The notes beneath the pieces were generated by a model. It saw only the letters and a list, made by a program, of their open reading frames with translations. It searched no databases and was not told the origin of the DNA. Position numbers and translations under genes: made by a program. DNA of 64,000 bases from Felis catus (taxonomy: Eukaryota): NCBI RefSeq assembly GCF_018350175.1, contig NC_058373.1, forward strand, positions 102,240,001 through 102,304,000, written 5' to 3'. Below, piece by piece: positions 1 through 15,008 of the stretch (within the stretch, counting starts at the first letter, position 1; every line of letters starts with the position of its first letter).

Positions 1-1915
1 GGGCGCCTGGGTGGCTCAGTCTGGTTGAGTGTCTGACCAACTCTTGATTTCAGCTCAGGTCAGGATCCCAGGATCAGGCTCCACAATCAGCGTGGAGCCT
101 ACTTAAGATTCTCTCTCACGCATGTACTCTCGCTCTCACTCTCCCCTATTCTCTCTCTCTCTCTAAGTTAAAAAAATAAAAAATACACCCCTAACTCTCA
201 TTTACTGCTATTCCAGGGTCCATTAAAGATGCATATATGCAAACACTGTGAGCTGATAATTCCACTTGTAGGAATGTGTGCAATAAAACCCCATCAACAT
301 AGAATGGATAAATAAACTGTGGCATATTTCTTTTTTTAATGCTTACTTATTTTGAGAGAGAGGGCACATGAGCACATGCAAGCCAGGGAGGGGCAGAGAG
401 AGAGGGAGAGAGAATCCCAAGCAGGTTCTGCACTGTAAGCAAAGAGCCCAAAGCGGGGCTTGATCCCACAAGCCCCTGACCTGAGCTGAATTCCAGAGTC
501 AGAGGCTTAAGCAACTGAGCCACCCAGGCACCCCATCTGTGGCATATGTCTATCATGGAATACAATATAGCAATGAGAATAAGTGAAGAAGATCTACACA
601 AAATGTGAATAAATTTCACAAGTATACATAAGTTCAAAAACAGGCAAAAATATAAAGTGTTGAAAGTTAGGTTACTGGTTATACCTCAAAGGACTAGTAA
701 CTGGGGGAGGAGTGGGTATAGAGGTCTTCTGGGGTGACTCTAACATTCTACTTTTTGATCTACATAGTGGTTACCAGGGTAACATAGGTGTGTTCACTTT
801 GCACAAATTCACCAAGCCATACATTTACAGTGCATGCACTTTTCTGTATCTGTTACACTTCAAGAAAACAATTTTAAAGCCCTGATTTGTCTAAATGAAT
901 CACCTTTCCGTGAGCAAACATCTGGACTGCCCACATGAAGCTTATCCTCAATTACACCAGATTTGTTTGTTGCTCTGTTCTAACAGTGACCACATCACCA
1001 TTCCCCAGAGTTTCCAAAGCATTGAGAGAGCAGGTCAACAAGGGTCTTTGCATTTGTGCATGCAAGAATACATTTCAGGAGGGCTGCCACCTAGGAAGTT
1101 CAGCACCTGCCTCCAATACTATGAGCATGTGTTCTTTCTTGCATGTCCATAAAGTAAGGAAGAAAGAACTAAGCAGGATAAGCCAAACACAGAAAACATC
1201 TCATCCAAATGCAAAAGCTTTCTTGCCTATGTCCTATTTTAAAAGTTCTTATTTTTGTATGGAAGGTTTCACAGGTTTGCCTGTCACCCTTGAACAGGGG
1301 CCACGCTAATCTTGTCTGTGTCGCTCCAGTGTTTTCAGTAGATGTGCTGCCAAAGCGGGCACACCTGTCTCATTTTTAACAGCCAATGACACTAGCACCA
1401 TTTTTCAGGAAAAATAAGAAACCTAACCCCTGCATCCCAGAGTGCAGACAGCACCTCTAAACAAGAGGGCATAGGGCAGCGATCAAAACTGTTCCAAACT
1501 GTGGCAGGCCCTAGTGAAGTGAGAGATGGAACCCAGGGTACTGTCTGCTTCTCATTAGCTCTTATTGCTTCTTGCAGGAACAAGGTGTTTGAAAAATCTT
1601 TTTTTATTAATTTTTTTAAAAATTTAGAATTTATTTTTGAGAGAGAGAGACAGAGTGAAAGCAGGGGAGGGGCAGAGAGAGAGAAACACACAGAATTAGA
1701 AGCAGGTTCCAGGCTCTGAGCTGTCAGCACAGAGCCCAACGTGGTGCCGAACTCAAGAACCATGAGATCATGACCTGAGCCGAAGTCGTACACCCAACTA
1801 ACTGAGCCACCCAGGTGCCCTGGTGTTTGAAAACCTTAAAAGACGAAAGTACAACAACATATTAGATCAAGGGTTGGCAATCTCTGTCCATGGGCCAAGG
1901 ACATTTGGTTCAGGG

Positions 1916-1963
<48 letters not shown>

Positions 1964-4900
1964 CATACTTTCTCAGCTGCTTTGGAGAGCTCCTACCACC
2001 ACTGCAGCTCTTGTATCTTCTACATCAGTGATTCACTGCTGCTTCAGTCCCATAGTCTATCTCAGGGGAGAAAGACTGAGAACCACTTAGACAGATAACC
2101 ACTTCCATACTCTCTCCAATTGGATTATGTGTGAAGGAGCTGGCCCTCCTTCTTTCCTCCCAGTGGCCAGAGGGACACCAGCTGTACTTTTTGCACCTTT
2201 CCATCGTATGGTGGGGTTGTCGGAATTCTGGTGGCTGGTCCATGGGCATGCTGTGAACACAACCACAGAATAACAGGGTGAGAGAAGAAGCCAGGACTGA
2301 GCCAGGGTGGTGTTCTTCCAGGGTCTAAATGAATCCTGGAGGTAGCAGAGATCCTCTAGGTATGCATACCTGGAGCCCAACACCAGGAATTTTCTGGCAG
2401 TGGCAACACTCAAAGCCAGGTAGATGACACAAAGACATATACACAAAGAAGCTCATTGCAGCATTGTCATTATAGAGAAAAATGAAAGGCAACTGAAGCC
2501 ACCAGCAACAAGCTGTGTTCATTATATGATATCGTCATATACCATGGATTATCATGCAGCCATGAAAAAGAATGAGGCTGCTGTATATTAACTAACACAG
2601 AAGGTGGTCTACACCTTGAAGTTAAATGATAAAAGGCAGGATGGGGAAAACTATATAGAATGTAATTCCATTTATGTATTATAAAATCCTAAGGCATGCA
2701 CACAGTCTCACACCCACTAGAAAAAGATCTAGAAAGATACACACCAAATTATTATCAGGTTACCTCTGGGGACGGGAATGGAAATAGGGAAGTGAGGGAG
2801 AACTTTCCAATATTGAAATTTTCATTTATATATTATTTGTTTATGATGGACCAATAATAGTTCTTTTGTAATTTGAAAAAGCAACTTAAAAAAAACAAGA
2901 CTATGGGAATGGGTTATGGAGGAGGCACATTTGATGTGGGTGATCAGCACAGCTAGCAGCTTCTGTGACTCAGGCCCAAGGGCTGGGAAGTAGACTCTCT
3001 GAGAGCAGGGAGAGAGACTCCAAGCTCCTGATTATGCAGGACAGTTCCTTTTTTCCCCCCTTCCTGTTCTCCCTCCTTGGGGTCATGTGCTCTTGGCTCT
3101 CTTTGGATCACTTCTAACTCTATGCAGCCAGAGGAGAAGGGCCCCTCCCTCAGAAGACCCAGGGAGGATGACTTGGGCCTACTTGGCCCTAAGCCTTATG
3201 AAGAAACCTCCTCTTTACCTTGGTGCCCATTGCCTTGGGGCTCTTTCCCTGGACCTTTGTATCAGAGCACAGGATCTCCAGAGGCTGAGGGAAAAGGTGC
3301 CACAGCATTTGGCAACTTTTAGTGTAGCCTTCTGGGGCTCTCCACCCAGATTCCACCTTAGAATTGCCTGGGGAGCTTTGAAAAAATATAAACCTCAAAT
3401 ATAGACATATATGTTGAAATAGAGAATAAATGTTTTGTTGTGTCAGCAAATGACCAACGTTGGGTAAAATAGAAATTTTCATCCATTCCAGAAGGCGTGT
3501 AATTGGTTAAGAACATTTTGATAAGTCGTTGGACAATATTAAGAGTCCAAAATAGTTTCATATTATTTTGTCCAGTAATAAAACTTCTGGAAATTTCTCC
3601 TGGTGAAAAGCAAAATGCCTCGAATAAGGAAAATTTATGTGAAGAGTTCTCTCATTATGTTTCCTTTTGTAATAGCTAAAAATCAGAAGCAAACTAAATG
3701 CTCAACAAATGTCAGGTGAATGGTTAAATAGGTGTACTCCATGGAACATTTGTGACAATTAAAATTGTAATGAAAGTTTGCAAAAGTCAGTTAAAATGTA
3801 GTAATGATGAGGGGTGCCTGGGTGGCTCAGTCGGTTAAACATCTGACTCTTGATTTCAGCTCAGGTCATGATCTCATGGTTCGTGAGATCAAGCCACACG
3901 ATCTCATAATTCTCTCTCCCTCTCTCTCTGCCCCTCTCCTGCTTGTGTGCTCTCCCTCTCAAAATAAATTAATAAACTAAAAAAAAAAAAAAAAGAGGTT
4001 CACCGCTAAAAAGATTCTGGCTCTTTAGGAGAAGGTGCTGCAGCCAATTTGCTGTTGGGCCAAAGGAAACAAACGCAAATTGAATAGGAGAGAGAAGCTC
4101 AGGAAAGGCAGACAGCAAAAAAGGTTGATCACCAGAATATAACGATCCTTTTGTGGCCCAACATTCTGAGGACCTCAGAAGAAGGGTAACATAGTGATGT
4201 GGCATGATTGGTGGGGCACCAAAGAGCCCCCTGCTTATAAATGTCCTCATCTGGTGCTGTGTTGCCTGTAATTCCACTATTAGGCTAACTCCACTTGGGT
4301 TATTAAGTATTGCCCATTCATTGTTGCCCTCTTCTAAAACATAGACTCCTGAGAGGAATAACACTTTGACTTGACAACAATTTAGTGGAATTAGTTCATG
4401 ATTTACTCAGCCAATTTGAGTACCTACTCTGTGCTTGGTACTACAGTAGGAATTGGGATACTATGGAGGGATGACCTCATTAAGGTGACTAAGACTTAGT
4501 TCAAGTCAGAAGTACCTACTGAACACCTCCTGTCACCTGACAAGGAGCTGGTGCTGGGACAGGAGGAAGACAGAAAAATGCCCAACACTGTCACCTCCCT
4601 CAAGGAGCTCACAGCTTTGTTGGGGGGGGGGGGGGATCCAAGCACACAAAAGACAGAACAAGCAACTGCTTATTAAACTACTAATATAATCAAGGGCCGA
4701 CATGAAGAGTGGAGCTCAGAGCCTTTGTGTCAAAGAGTCTTTTCAGAAGCTTTCATGATTGAACCACACTAACCCTTTTCATTAGGGAGCCTGGAAAAGA
4801 AGCTATTATAACCCAACTGTTTTCTAAATATTAACATGGGTGTGACTTCCTGGTTCCGAGACCTCACCTTAGTTTCTACCCCACATGCTATAGCTCTGGC

Positions 4901-5669
4901 TAGACTGAACACTACTGAAAGAAAGCTATTCATTAAGCATTAAGCATTAAGCAGGGTGCTTGGGACTCACCCACCTTCTCTTCCTGTGCCCCAAACTGGC
5001 CATTTGCCACATTTGGTGGTGGGCTGAGTGGTTTCACATGTACTAAACACCCACAAGATACATGGTTTCTCTCTATCATAGTCATGCTCACAAGGTACCC
5101 TCATGAGAAAAGCCTCACTAGCTTCTGGCTCCAGCTGTCATGGGAAGAAAGGATTATGACAGTCACCCAAGTTGGGAAAGGAAGCAAGATTTAGAAACAG
5201 AAGAACAGGTGTGGCTCAGAATCCAGGCATCAAGCAGGACCAGATGGGACAATATTACCAAATTTTAAGAAGGAGACTTTTCATGAAATTATGTGCCTTT
5301 TTATGAAACTATCTTTAGTGAATTGTGTGATCCTCGAAGCACATTCTAGGCCAGAGGTCCTTTGGGGCTGGATCAAAAGCCCAGAAGGAATGAGGAATGT
5401 AGACTAGTGCAAGAACAAATCAACATCTAGCCCAGAGGAAGGGCAGAGTCACTGGCACCACGGCTCAGAAAAGACTGGAAGCTCAGAACTGGAAGCTCAG
5501 AACTGGAAATCAAATCTGGCATTGCCAAGAAAGAGTAGACAAAACAAAATCTAAGGCCAGGTACTGTGGTGGCACAGGCCTCGAGGGGGAGAGCACAGAG
5601 TAGGGTCCAAGTTGAAGATGGGTGTTCAGATCCAGGGGAGCCAACTGATGTCTACAGACTAAGCAAAAT

Positions 5670-7149
5670 ACTGGAAAAGTGGTTGCCTCTGGTTTGGGGG
5701 ATGGTGGTGTTGCTGACTGGGAAGAATCATGAGGGGACTTCCTGAGAAGATATAGAGATGAATGTCCTATATCTTGAAAAAAGTGTGGGTTACACAGGTA
5801 TATCCATTTGTCGAAAGTCACTGAATTGTAGACTTGGGATTTGTGTACTTTAATGTATGTTAAGTTTTACCCCTCAAAATTGTAAACTAATTAAACTCTC
5901 ATTAGGCTTACTTTAAGTGGTGCTAGGGATTAGCAATTCTGAAACTATGATTTGTGTATTCTTGACCTTGAGGTTAATGGGAGCCAGATTTCTAAGTGCT
6001 GGGGAAAGAAATTACAAATATGGAAAAAGCATTTGTTGTATTAGAATTGGAGTTATTAGAATAAATATATATTATGTCACATATATCTCCAACATATTTC
6101 TAATCTATATCTATGCCTCTATATGTATCTATTTCCATTTGTATATGTAATATTACCTAATTCTGTCTGGTAAGAGGCCTAGAAACAGTGACACACCAGT
6201 ATGAATGAGCACTTTTAGCACCCAGATCTTGGTTTCTAAATACCATTACCCACTACAGGAACTAGCGATTCTAGAGAAATGGCTTATTCTGGGGCTATGG
6301 GCAGGAAAAGTAGAGGATGAGCCTGGAACATCTTATTTTGCAAGAAGGTAAGGAAATGCTCAAAGAATCATGAGAATATGTTCAAAAAGACTCAAGAGCC
6401 AGCGGTAAGAGATTCCCACTCCCCAATCTGGAACAATTTTAACATCAAAATAAATAATATTTATAATGGATTGTACTCCACTGATAGCCTAAGAATCATG
6501 TTGATATAGATAGATAGATATAAATGTTAAGGGAAACCTCTTTATTACAGTAGAATGCAAAATGAGAGTTGTAGAAAATCATCAGAGGATGCCAAAATGG
6601 AGGGGTAAAAGTTTGATTTAAAAAAGGATAATTACAGGGGTGCCTGACTGGCTCAGTCGGTAGACCATGTGACCCTTGATCTCAGGGTCATGAGTTCAAG
6701 TCCCACATTGGTCATTGAGCCTACTTAAAAAAAAAAAAAAAAGGGATATGCAATTTTGCTACTAGGTATTTACCCAAAGAATTCAAAAATACTGGGGCGC
6801 CTGGGTGGCTCAGTCAGTTAAGTGTCCAACTCTTGGTTTCAGCTCAGGTTATGATTTCATGGTTTCATGGGTTTGAGGCCTACATTGGGCTCTGTGCTGG
6901 TGGTACAAAGCCTGCTTGGGATTCTCTCTTTCCCTCTCTCTCTGCCCCTCCCCCACTCACTCTGTCTCTGTCTCTGTCTCTCTCAAAAATAAATAAATAA
7001 AATTTAAAAGTTAAAAAAGAAGAGAATACAAAAACACTAATTCAAAGGGATACATGCACCCTGATGTTTAGAGCAGCATTATGTACTGCAACTGAATTAT
7101 GGAAAGAGCCCAAAAGTGCATTGACTAATGAGTGAATAAAGAAGATGAG

Positions 7150-7196
<47 letters not shown>

Positions 7197-8310
7197 GGAA
7201 TATTACAAACTGTAATAATCAAGAAATATTACTCAGCATAAAAAAGAATGAAATCTTGCCATTTGCAATAACATAGATGGAGCTAGAGTATATTATGCTA
7301 AGGAAAATAAGTCACTCAGAGAAAGACAAATAGCATATGATTTCACTCATATGTGAAATTTAAGAAACAGAACAAATAATCATAGGGGAAAAAAGAGACA
7401 GAGATAAATCAAGAAACAGAGAACAAACTGATTGTAACCAGAGTGGAGGTGAGTGAGGAAATGGGGATTAAGGAGTGACCTTGCCATGATGAGCACTGGG
7501 TGATGTATGGAAGTGTTGAATCACTATATTGCATACCTGAAACTAGTATAACATTGTATGTTAACTAACTGGAATTTAAATAAAAACTTTAAATAAATAA
7601 GATAATTACAGAGATGTAAAGTATGCAGCAAATGACTTGATGAAAGAGAAAAATAATAACTTCATAGCATCAGATACCACTCTACCAAGTCATCAGGGCT
7701 AAGATCACTATATTGTTACAAATAACCAATATCCCATATCACATGCCCCCGATTAGGATGCTTGGAGAAGAGCACACTATCAACTCTGTGGTATTCCTGC
7801 CAAAAATGCATAACCTGAATCTAATCATGAGAAGACATGAGGCAAACCCAAACTGAAAGACATTCTACAAAATAACTGGCCTGTACTTTTTTTTTAAATG
7901 TTAAGGTCAAGAACACAATGAAAGGCTAAAGAAATGTCCCAGAATAAAGGAAAATAAATAGACCTGACAACTAAATGCTATGTATAATCTTGGATTTGAT
8001 CCTCAGGGGAGGGAAAAAAAAGTAAGGACATTTTGGGGCAATTAATGAAAGACATAGTAGTATTGTATTAATGCTTAATTGCCTGATTGTGTAACTGCAC
8101 TGTAGTTATTAAGAGAATGCCTTTTTGGAAAATTCATACTGGAGCCAATAGGAGCACATCTCCATCTTCAACGGGAGAGGAGAGTGGGAGAGAAAGAGAG
8201 AGAATGATAAAGCAAATAAGGCAAAAATGTAAACAAACAAATCATAAGTTGTAGAAGTTCCTTGAACTGTTCGTGTAATTTTTCAGTGAAACTGAAATTA
8301 TATCAAAATA
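5670..8310 (+). mobile_element. Old L1 3' UTR fragments with a nested younger L1 3' end (~6750-7600) and SINEs (~6637-6742, ~6794-7025)
   Basis: L1 3'-end motifs (aagaatgaaatcttgccatttgcaataacatagatggagctagag; ctgtggtattcctgccaaaaatgcataacctgaatctaatcatgag). Confidence 0.7.
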
Positions 8311-11300
8311 AAAGGATCTCCCCCAAAACGAAACAAAGCAAACAAACGTATGGGTGTGGTCAGCAGCCCGGAGGCTTATGCTTCCTGCTAGGACCAGAGC
8401 CAGCCCAAAGCGTGACCATTTCAGTGCCTGCAGGAGGGAAGGGTGGGGGGAGGGGGGGTACCTGCAGGGTAGGCTTAAGTTGGCAGGCAGTAGTATTATG
8501 TAAATTCTGTCAGCGACTAGACCACAAGCTGGGTGCAGTTCCTGGCAGGGCCATCCTGTCCTTACAGCAGAGAGGCCTTTACAGCTGTTTTGTGTCAGAT
8601 GATTCATAGATAACATGCAACGGAGAAGAATCATTGGTAAATGTGTGAACTGTGCTCGGATTTCAATTTTTCATAAAACAGATTCTTGTTTAAGTCTTCT
8701 GCTTTTGTTATAGCCATCAGGAAATAGAAATGCGTTTGCATTTTTGCAAGGAGGCCTGAACTTTTAAAATCTGGTGAAAGAGTTTAAGGTTCAAAGATTT
8801 CAAGGTATAATCAGTTAAGATTTTCCCTTTTAGTAAGAGTAGTAATTAAGGCATAAACTTTCCCTAAGCAATTTCTTTCCAAAAAGAAGCATACATTTAA
8901 AAATAATTCATTAATATCTCTTCTATGGCCATTATTCAAAGCTTGGCCTTCTGCCATGGCTCTAGAACACAGTGATTTTTTCTCTGTCATTTCTTTTTTT
9001 GGCCAAAGATTCTAAGAATCTCTGAACTGTTAATTATATAATTTCCTCTGGTTTGTCCCCCAGAAGCTTAACAGTCAGATTTTTTCCCCCAGCAAATTGA
9101 ATGCCCCACAAATCAAAGACCAATTCTCTGAAAGTAAGACAGGCTTCTTCACACGACCTTTAGGTGGCTATCAACTGCCTTTTCTCTAAGAGGTAGCCAC
9201 TCTGCCTGCTCCCTTCAAAATCAATCCCATTATGTAAGTTCTTCCTAACCTCTAACTTACACCTCCTGGCTGTGCCTGGGAAGGGCCAAGAGTGACTGCA
9301 ACACTGGGGAGTGGAACCAGAATTCATCTTCCCTTTCCCTCTGCCTACCTATGGGGAGCATTTCTAACAACCATCCAGACTCACTCCCAGGCAGCCCTTA
9401 CTGAGGCCGGGGGTGGGGGCCAGGGGGCAGCACGTAGCCTAGCCAACGCTAGAGAAGGCACTGTCTCCCTAGGAGGGCCTGGAAAACACAACTCATTAGA
9501 GCTAGGCTGAGTCATCAGGGTGTGGAGGCTGTTGGACCACATTCTTGCAACATAACAAGCAGAGTCCAGGCAGAGAACATCTCGACTGTGGATTCTGTAA
9601 TACTTTTCAAGGCCAGTTCACACAAAGGCATTCAGCAGCACTGTGAACGTGAAATAAAAGGCATACAGAACCACAGCTCCAAACTGAGGCCGATTGGAAC
9701 TACACAAGGTTAGGTTAGCCTGTAGCTGACCAGGACAACAGAGGAAGAGGTCTCTTCTGGGACCTGAAGGCCCTGGCAGATGGAAGGCATGAACCCAAGT
9801 GAGTGTCTTGCCAGCCTTTGGTCTCCAGGCTTAACTACTCTTGGTCTTGAACTCCTAGCTGGATACAATTTACTGAAGCAGAAGGTAGCCCTTCTTACCC
9901 CTGAGAACCCAGGGAGAGAGGAAAAGTGCTTTGAAACTGAGATCTGTTTGTGGTGCCTGGGTGGCTCAGTCGGTTAAGTGTCCGACTTCAGCTCAGGTCA
10001 TGATCTCGCGGTCCGTGAGGTCGAGCCCCACATCGGGCTCTGTGCTGACAGCTCAGAGCCTGGAGCCTGTTTCAGATTCTGTGTCTCCCTCTCTCTGACC
10101 CTCCCCCGTTCATGCTCTGTCTCTCTCTGTCTCAAAAATAAAAAATAAACGTTAAAAAAAAATTAAAAAAAAAAAAAAGAAACTGAGATCTGTTTCCAGG
10201 GTATAATTGCTTCAGTCTCTGAAACTGGAAGACCAGGATCCATTTTCTTAGAGGCCAACAGCAGCCTGAGAGGCAAGTGTAGTGGAGCAAGAAGAGTCAG
10301 GCAGACAAGTTGAGCCAGGCCTAACTTATTTTCTTTGAGGCTCAAACCCACTCCTTTCAGGCAGTGGTCTGGAGGCAGACACCTGGCTCTGAGACCGAAC
10401 TAAATGTTCATCCTTATGAAGAAATGCTTCTAATAGACCAAAAGGTGGGATCCTGCAAGAAGCAAAAAATGCCAAGACTAATGCACTGGTGTGATGGCCA
10501 CACCTTACCTCCCCAACCAGACATCTTAAACCTGACATTTAATAAGCCATGAGACACTTGTTTTCACTCTCACCATCAAAGTATAGGAAGACAGATGCTC
10601 TCTGCCTTTTTGCCTTTGGGTATTTTTCTCCTGCTTCCTGAGCTGTGCTGGGGAGAGACAGAGAAGAAAAGGAAGGAGAAACCCAGGAAGATGAGAGAAA
10701 TTCTCCCCATCCTTTAACAGATTTCTGTTCTGCTCCTGTGGTTGAGGGGCCAGGGCCTGGGCTGGCTTATCTGCTGTACTCACATTCTGGTCATTTTCTC
10801 TCTAAAATAAGGATGGCCAGCACCTCCACTTGTGTTAAATGTTTCTGTCCGGGGCCTGTATACAATCTTGCAAATGTGTCACTGGTGGCAAGGAGGGCCG
10901 GGTGTGGTTGCAGACAGACAGACGCAAGTCCATCTTTGCCTCTGGAAAAACAAGTTAAGAGGCACACTTTCTAAAGGCAGTCAGATCCCTTCCCAGTCCA
11001 GTATATTTGACTTTGTTATGGGATACAGAAGAGATGAGAACTAGCATTTGGGTGGGGGCGGCTACGTGTGCTGGACACTTTAGCTATGTTCTCCCTTACT
11101 CCCCCAACCACTCTGAGGCAGGTGGTATTGTCCCCATTTTACAGATGAAAAAACTGGTGCTCTGTATTTGATAGGGTACTAGCTACCAGACCTTAGGTAA
11201 CTGGCAGAATTAGGATTTGAAGCCAATTTGTATGTACAAAAGCTGATGTGCTTTCTACGGGTCTGTGCATACTGTTCTTTGTCATCCCTGGTCACCCAGT

Positions 11301-11408
11301 GCTTCTTACATCTTTCCTGATTTGTCAAAGATTGCCAAGAGTGACTGAGAGGTCATGATTTGACTTTCATCTCTTAATTTTATTTGATTAGAATTTTATT
11401 TTTTTATA

Positions 11409-11746
11409 CAGTTGACCTTTGAACAACATGAATTTGAACTATGTGGGTCCACTTACACACAGATTTTTTTTTCAATAAATACAGTACAGTACTGTAAATA
11501 TATTTTCTCTCCCTTATGATTTTAATAACATTCTCCTTTCTCTAGCATACTTTATGTTAAGGATACAGTACCTAATATATATAACATACTAAATATGTGC
11601 TGGTTGACTGTTGATATTATTGGTAAGGCTTCTGGTCAATAGTAGGATATTAGTAGTTAAGTTTTAAGGAGTCAAAGTTATAGGTGGATTTTCGACTGCA
11701 CAGGAGGTCAGTGCCTCTAACCACTGTGTTGTTCAAGGGTCAACTG
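11409..11746. mobile_element. Tigger2-type non-autonomous DNA transposon (MITE)
   Basis: 20-bp terminal inverted repeats (TIRs) CAGTTGACCYTTGAACAACA with 1 mismatch; TA duplication at both ends. Confidence 0.88.
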
Positions 11747-13480
11747 TATACTTGGATTTCATTTTAAAAAAACATTTTAAACTATTTTTTAAAACTATAA
11801 TTAAAAACATACACAGGACACCTGGATGGCTCAGTTGGTAGAGCATGCAATTCTTGATCTCAGAGTTGTGAGTTCAAGCCACATGTTGGGCAGAACCTAC
11901 TTTAAAAAAAAAAAAATGTTAGCTAGCTACCAAATTAAAACACATAGCACAATAGAAACACTAGCACATAAATTTCTGCTGACAGATTTTTGAGCAAATC
12001 TTGGTCCCTCCCTCCTTTCCTCTCTCTCTCTCTTTCTGTCTTTTGGCTAACAGGGACTTGAAGTATAATTTGTCTACAGTTAAAATGCACAATTCTTAAG
12101 TGTACAGCTCATGAATTTTCACATATATGCACTCCATACAACTACTACCTATATCAAGGTTTACACAACGTTTAGCATTTCAGAAAGTTCCCTTGTTCCC
12201 CTTTCAAAGTCATTAGCCCTTGCTACCCTCCCACCACTAATCTGACTCTATCACCATAGACTAGTTAGTCAGGTCATTGATTAGGAAGCTTATGGGTATG
12301 CACTGGCCTTTTGTGTCTGTCCCAAGAATGCAGTGCTCGGTCAACTGTCACACAAGGCTCAAAAGCACCTATTTGTTAGGTCTCAGTGGGCTTTCAAACA
12401 AATGCATAACCTGCCACATGGCTCTCCTGCTTATAAAAAGCGTTGGGTAGGAGTGCCTGAGTGCCTCAGTGGGTTAAGCATCCGACTCTTGACTTCAGCT
12501 CAGGTCGTGATCTCATAGTTCATAGGTTTGAGCCCTGCATCCGGTGCTGTGCTGGTAGCATGGAGTCTGTTTGGGATTCTTTCTCTCTCTCCCTTTCTCT
12601 GTGCCCCTTCCCTTCTCGCACTCTCTCTCTTTCTCTCTCTCTATCAAAATAAGTAAATAAGCATTAAAAAAAGTGTTGGATATTCCATTTCTGTATCTAA
12701 GACAAGAAATTCAACAATCTTAATGATTTGATTTAGAAATTAAAAATGTTTTGGTATTCCTTTTTCAAACTTCTGGGTCTGTTTATATAATAGATGACAA
12801 AGCAAACTGATTTAAAATATATATATATCTGTTTTACTCTTTGCAACTAAAATTATATATACAAGTGAATTAAATGCCAAGCTTGGCAATGGTTATATCT
12901 ATATTAATTATTTTTTTTTAATTTTTTAAGGTTTATTCATTTTTCAGAGACAGAGAGACACAGCATGAGTGGGGGAGGGGCAGAGAGGGAGACACAGAAT
13001 CCGAAACAGCCTTCAGGCTCTGAGCTGTCAGTACAGAGCTCGTCGCAGGGCCCGAACTCATGAATGGTGAGATCATGACCTGAACTGAAGTCGGATGCCT
13101 AACTGACTGAGCCACCCAGGCGGCCCTATTAATTATTTTGAATTTTGGTATTCATCAAAACAGTAATTTTCCTTCATATATTAACTTTATAATTGAATGC
13201 TAAATAAATTCTAACTTAAAATATATACAAATTATCTTGTAAATATTTTTAAATTAGGGTTCATTTAAGATTTGTCTGAAGAACTTATACTAATAAAATG
13301 TTTGTAACCCACATCCTAGGACATAATTTGTCTGGGCAGAGAGACTTGGCCCTTAAAGTAGCTAGATTTTTTCTTCCTGACAGCCATTTACCTCAGGCTT
13401 ACATTGTTCTGAACTGCCCTGTTTTTTTCCTGTCCAGTTGGAAGCACTTTCTCTACTTGCGGAAGCAATGGAAAAAAGTA

Positions 13481-14298
13481 CGGTAAAACCTTGGGTTGCA
13501 GGTAATTTGTTCTGCAGTTGTTCCACAAGATGAGCAAACATTTCTGATTAATTTTAACTTGATAAACAAGAAATGTCTTGCAACAGGAGTAGTATGTATG
13601 CTGAACATCACATGATCACAATGGTTCTTCTCTCTCTGTCTCTCTTGCTGTGGGACTGTGGGTGATCGTCTCTCATGCTCAGATGCTCAGTCTCAGGCCA
13701 TGGTGTTTGGCAGAAATCGGTGATTTTTCAGAATGTTGGAAGATGCCCACAACTGGCACTAGTGTATTTTTTTGTCACTTCAAAGCACCTATGGACAGTC
13801 CCCTGCTTTTCCATCCAAGAGTAAGCTGAGATGCTTTACTTCATTCTAGGTCAGGCAGCTTGCAGATATAGACCCTTTCCTCTGCTGCCTTATTGCCAGT
13901 TACATTAAATACACTATATGACAAGAGTTTAATACTGTGTGAGTGTATACAATGGCCCCCGTGCAGAAAAATTCCATTGAGCTGATAGATAGCAGTGATT
14001 CCATTAGTGATAGTGAAAGTTGTCCTACACAATAACCCTCCTCTCTCTTGTCTCCCTTACAGCAGCTACAAAGGTTTTCAAAGGTAAGTGCAGCTTAATT
14101 TGTTTTTCTTTATATTTTGTATTTTATTATTTTGTATTATATTACAGTATTATAATCATTTTTATATGAATATTTTTGTGGAATGAATCATCTGAGTTTC
14201 CATTATTTCTTATGGGGAAATTTGTTTTGATAAATGAGCACTTTGGATTACAAGCATGTTTCTGGAGTGAATTATGCTCACAAAGCAAAGTTTTACTG
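13481..14298. mobile_element. Tc1/mariner-superfamily (pogo/Tigger-like) non-autonomous DNA transposon
   Basis: Imperfect TIRs (left CGGTAAAACCTTGGGTTG; right, reverse-complemented, CAGTAAAACTTTGCTTTG) flanked by TA on both sides. Confidence 0.75.
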
Positions 14299-14380
14299 TA
14301 GTTACCACTCCACCACCTTCACCAGGAGAGCCTTACCTGTGCCCTTCCTTGTAAAACTGGTTTTAGAAAGCTCCTTTTTT

Positions 14381-14424
<44 letters not shown>

Positions 14425-14484
14425 ACTAGCATTTGGGGATTATCATTCTTGCTCCCTGTGGGTAAACATTACTTTTCTATTGTT

Positions 14485-15008
14485 TTTCGGGTGTGGAGTT
14501 TGGTGAGCTCTTTATAGATTTTGGATACTAGCCCTTTGTCCATATGTCATTTGCAAATATCTTTTCCCATTCTGTCGGCTGCCTTTTAGTTTTGTTGGTT
14601 GTTTCCTTTGCTGTGCAGAAGCTTTTTTATCTTCATAAGGTCCCAGTAATTCATTTTTGCTTTTAATTCCCTTGCCTTTGGGGATGTGTCGAGTAAGAGA
14701 TTGCTACGGCTGAGGTCAGAGAGGTCTTTTCCTGCTTTCTCCTCTAGGGTTTTGATGGTTTCCTGTCTCACATTCAGGTCCTTTATCCATTTTGAGTTTA
14801 TTTTTGTGAATGGTGTCAGAAAGTGGTCTAGTTTCAACCTTCTGCATGTTGCTGTCCAGTTCTCCCAGCACCATTTGTTAAAGAGACTGTCTTTTTTCCA
14901 TTGGATGTTCTTTCCTGCTTTGTCAAAGATTAGTTGGCCATACGTTTGTGGGTCTAGTTCTGGGGCTTCTATTCTATTCCATTGGTCTATGTGTCTGTTT
15001 TTGTGCCA
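14485..15008 (-). mobile_element. Young L1 internal ORF2 fragment, truncated at both ends, with 15-bp TSD
   Basis: Translates [14 protein letters not shown]...[24 protein letters not shown]...[13 protein letters not shown] (L1 ORF2); TACTTTTCTATTGTT at 14470-14484 and 15009-15023. Confidence 0.93.

Noticed and set aside
3969..4364. 131-aa minus-strand ORF in unique sequence
   Set aside because: Non-ATG start, ends in a SINE tail, no recognisable homology or exon structure.
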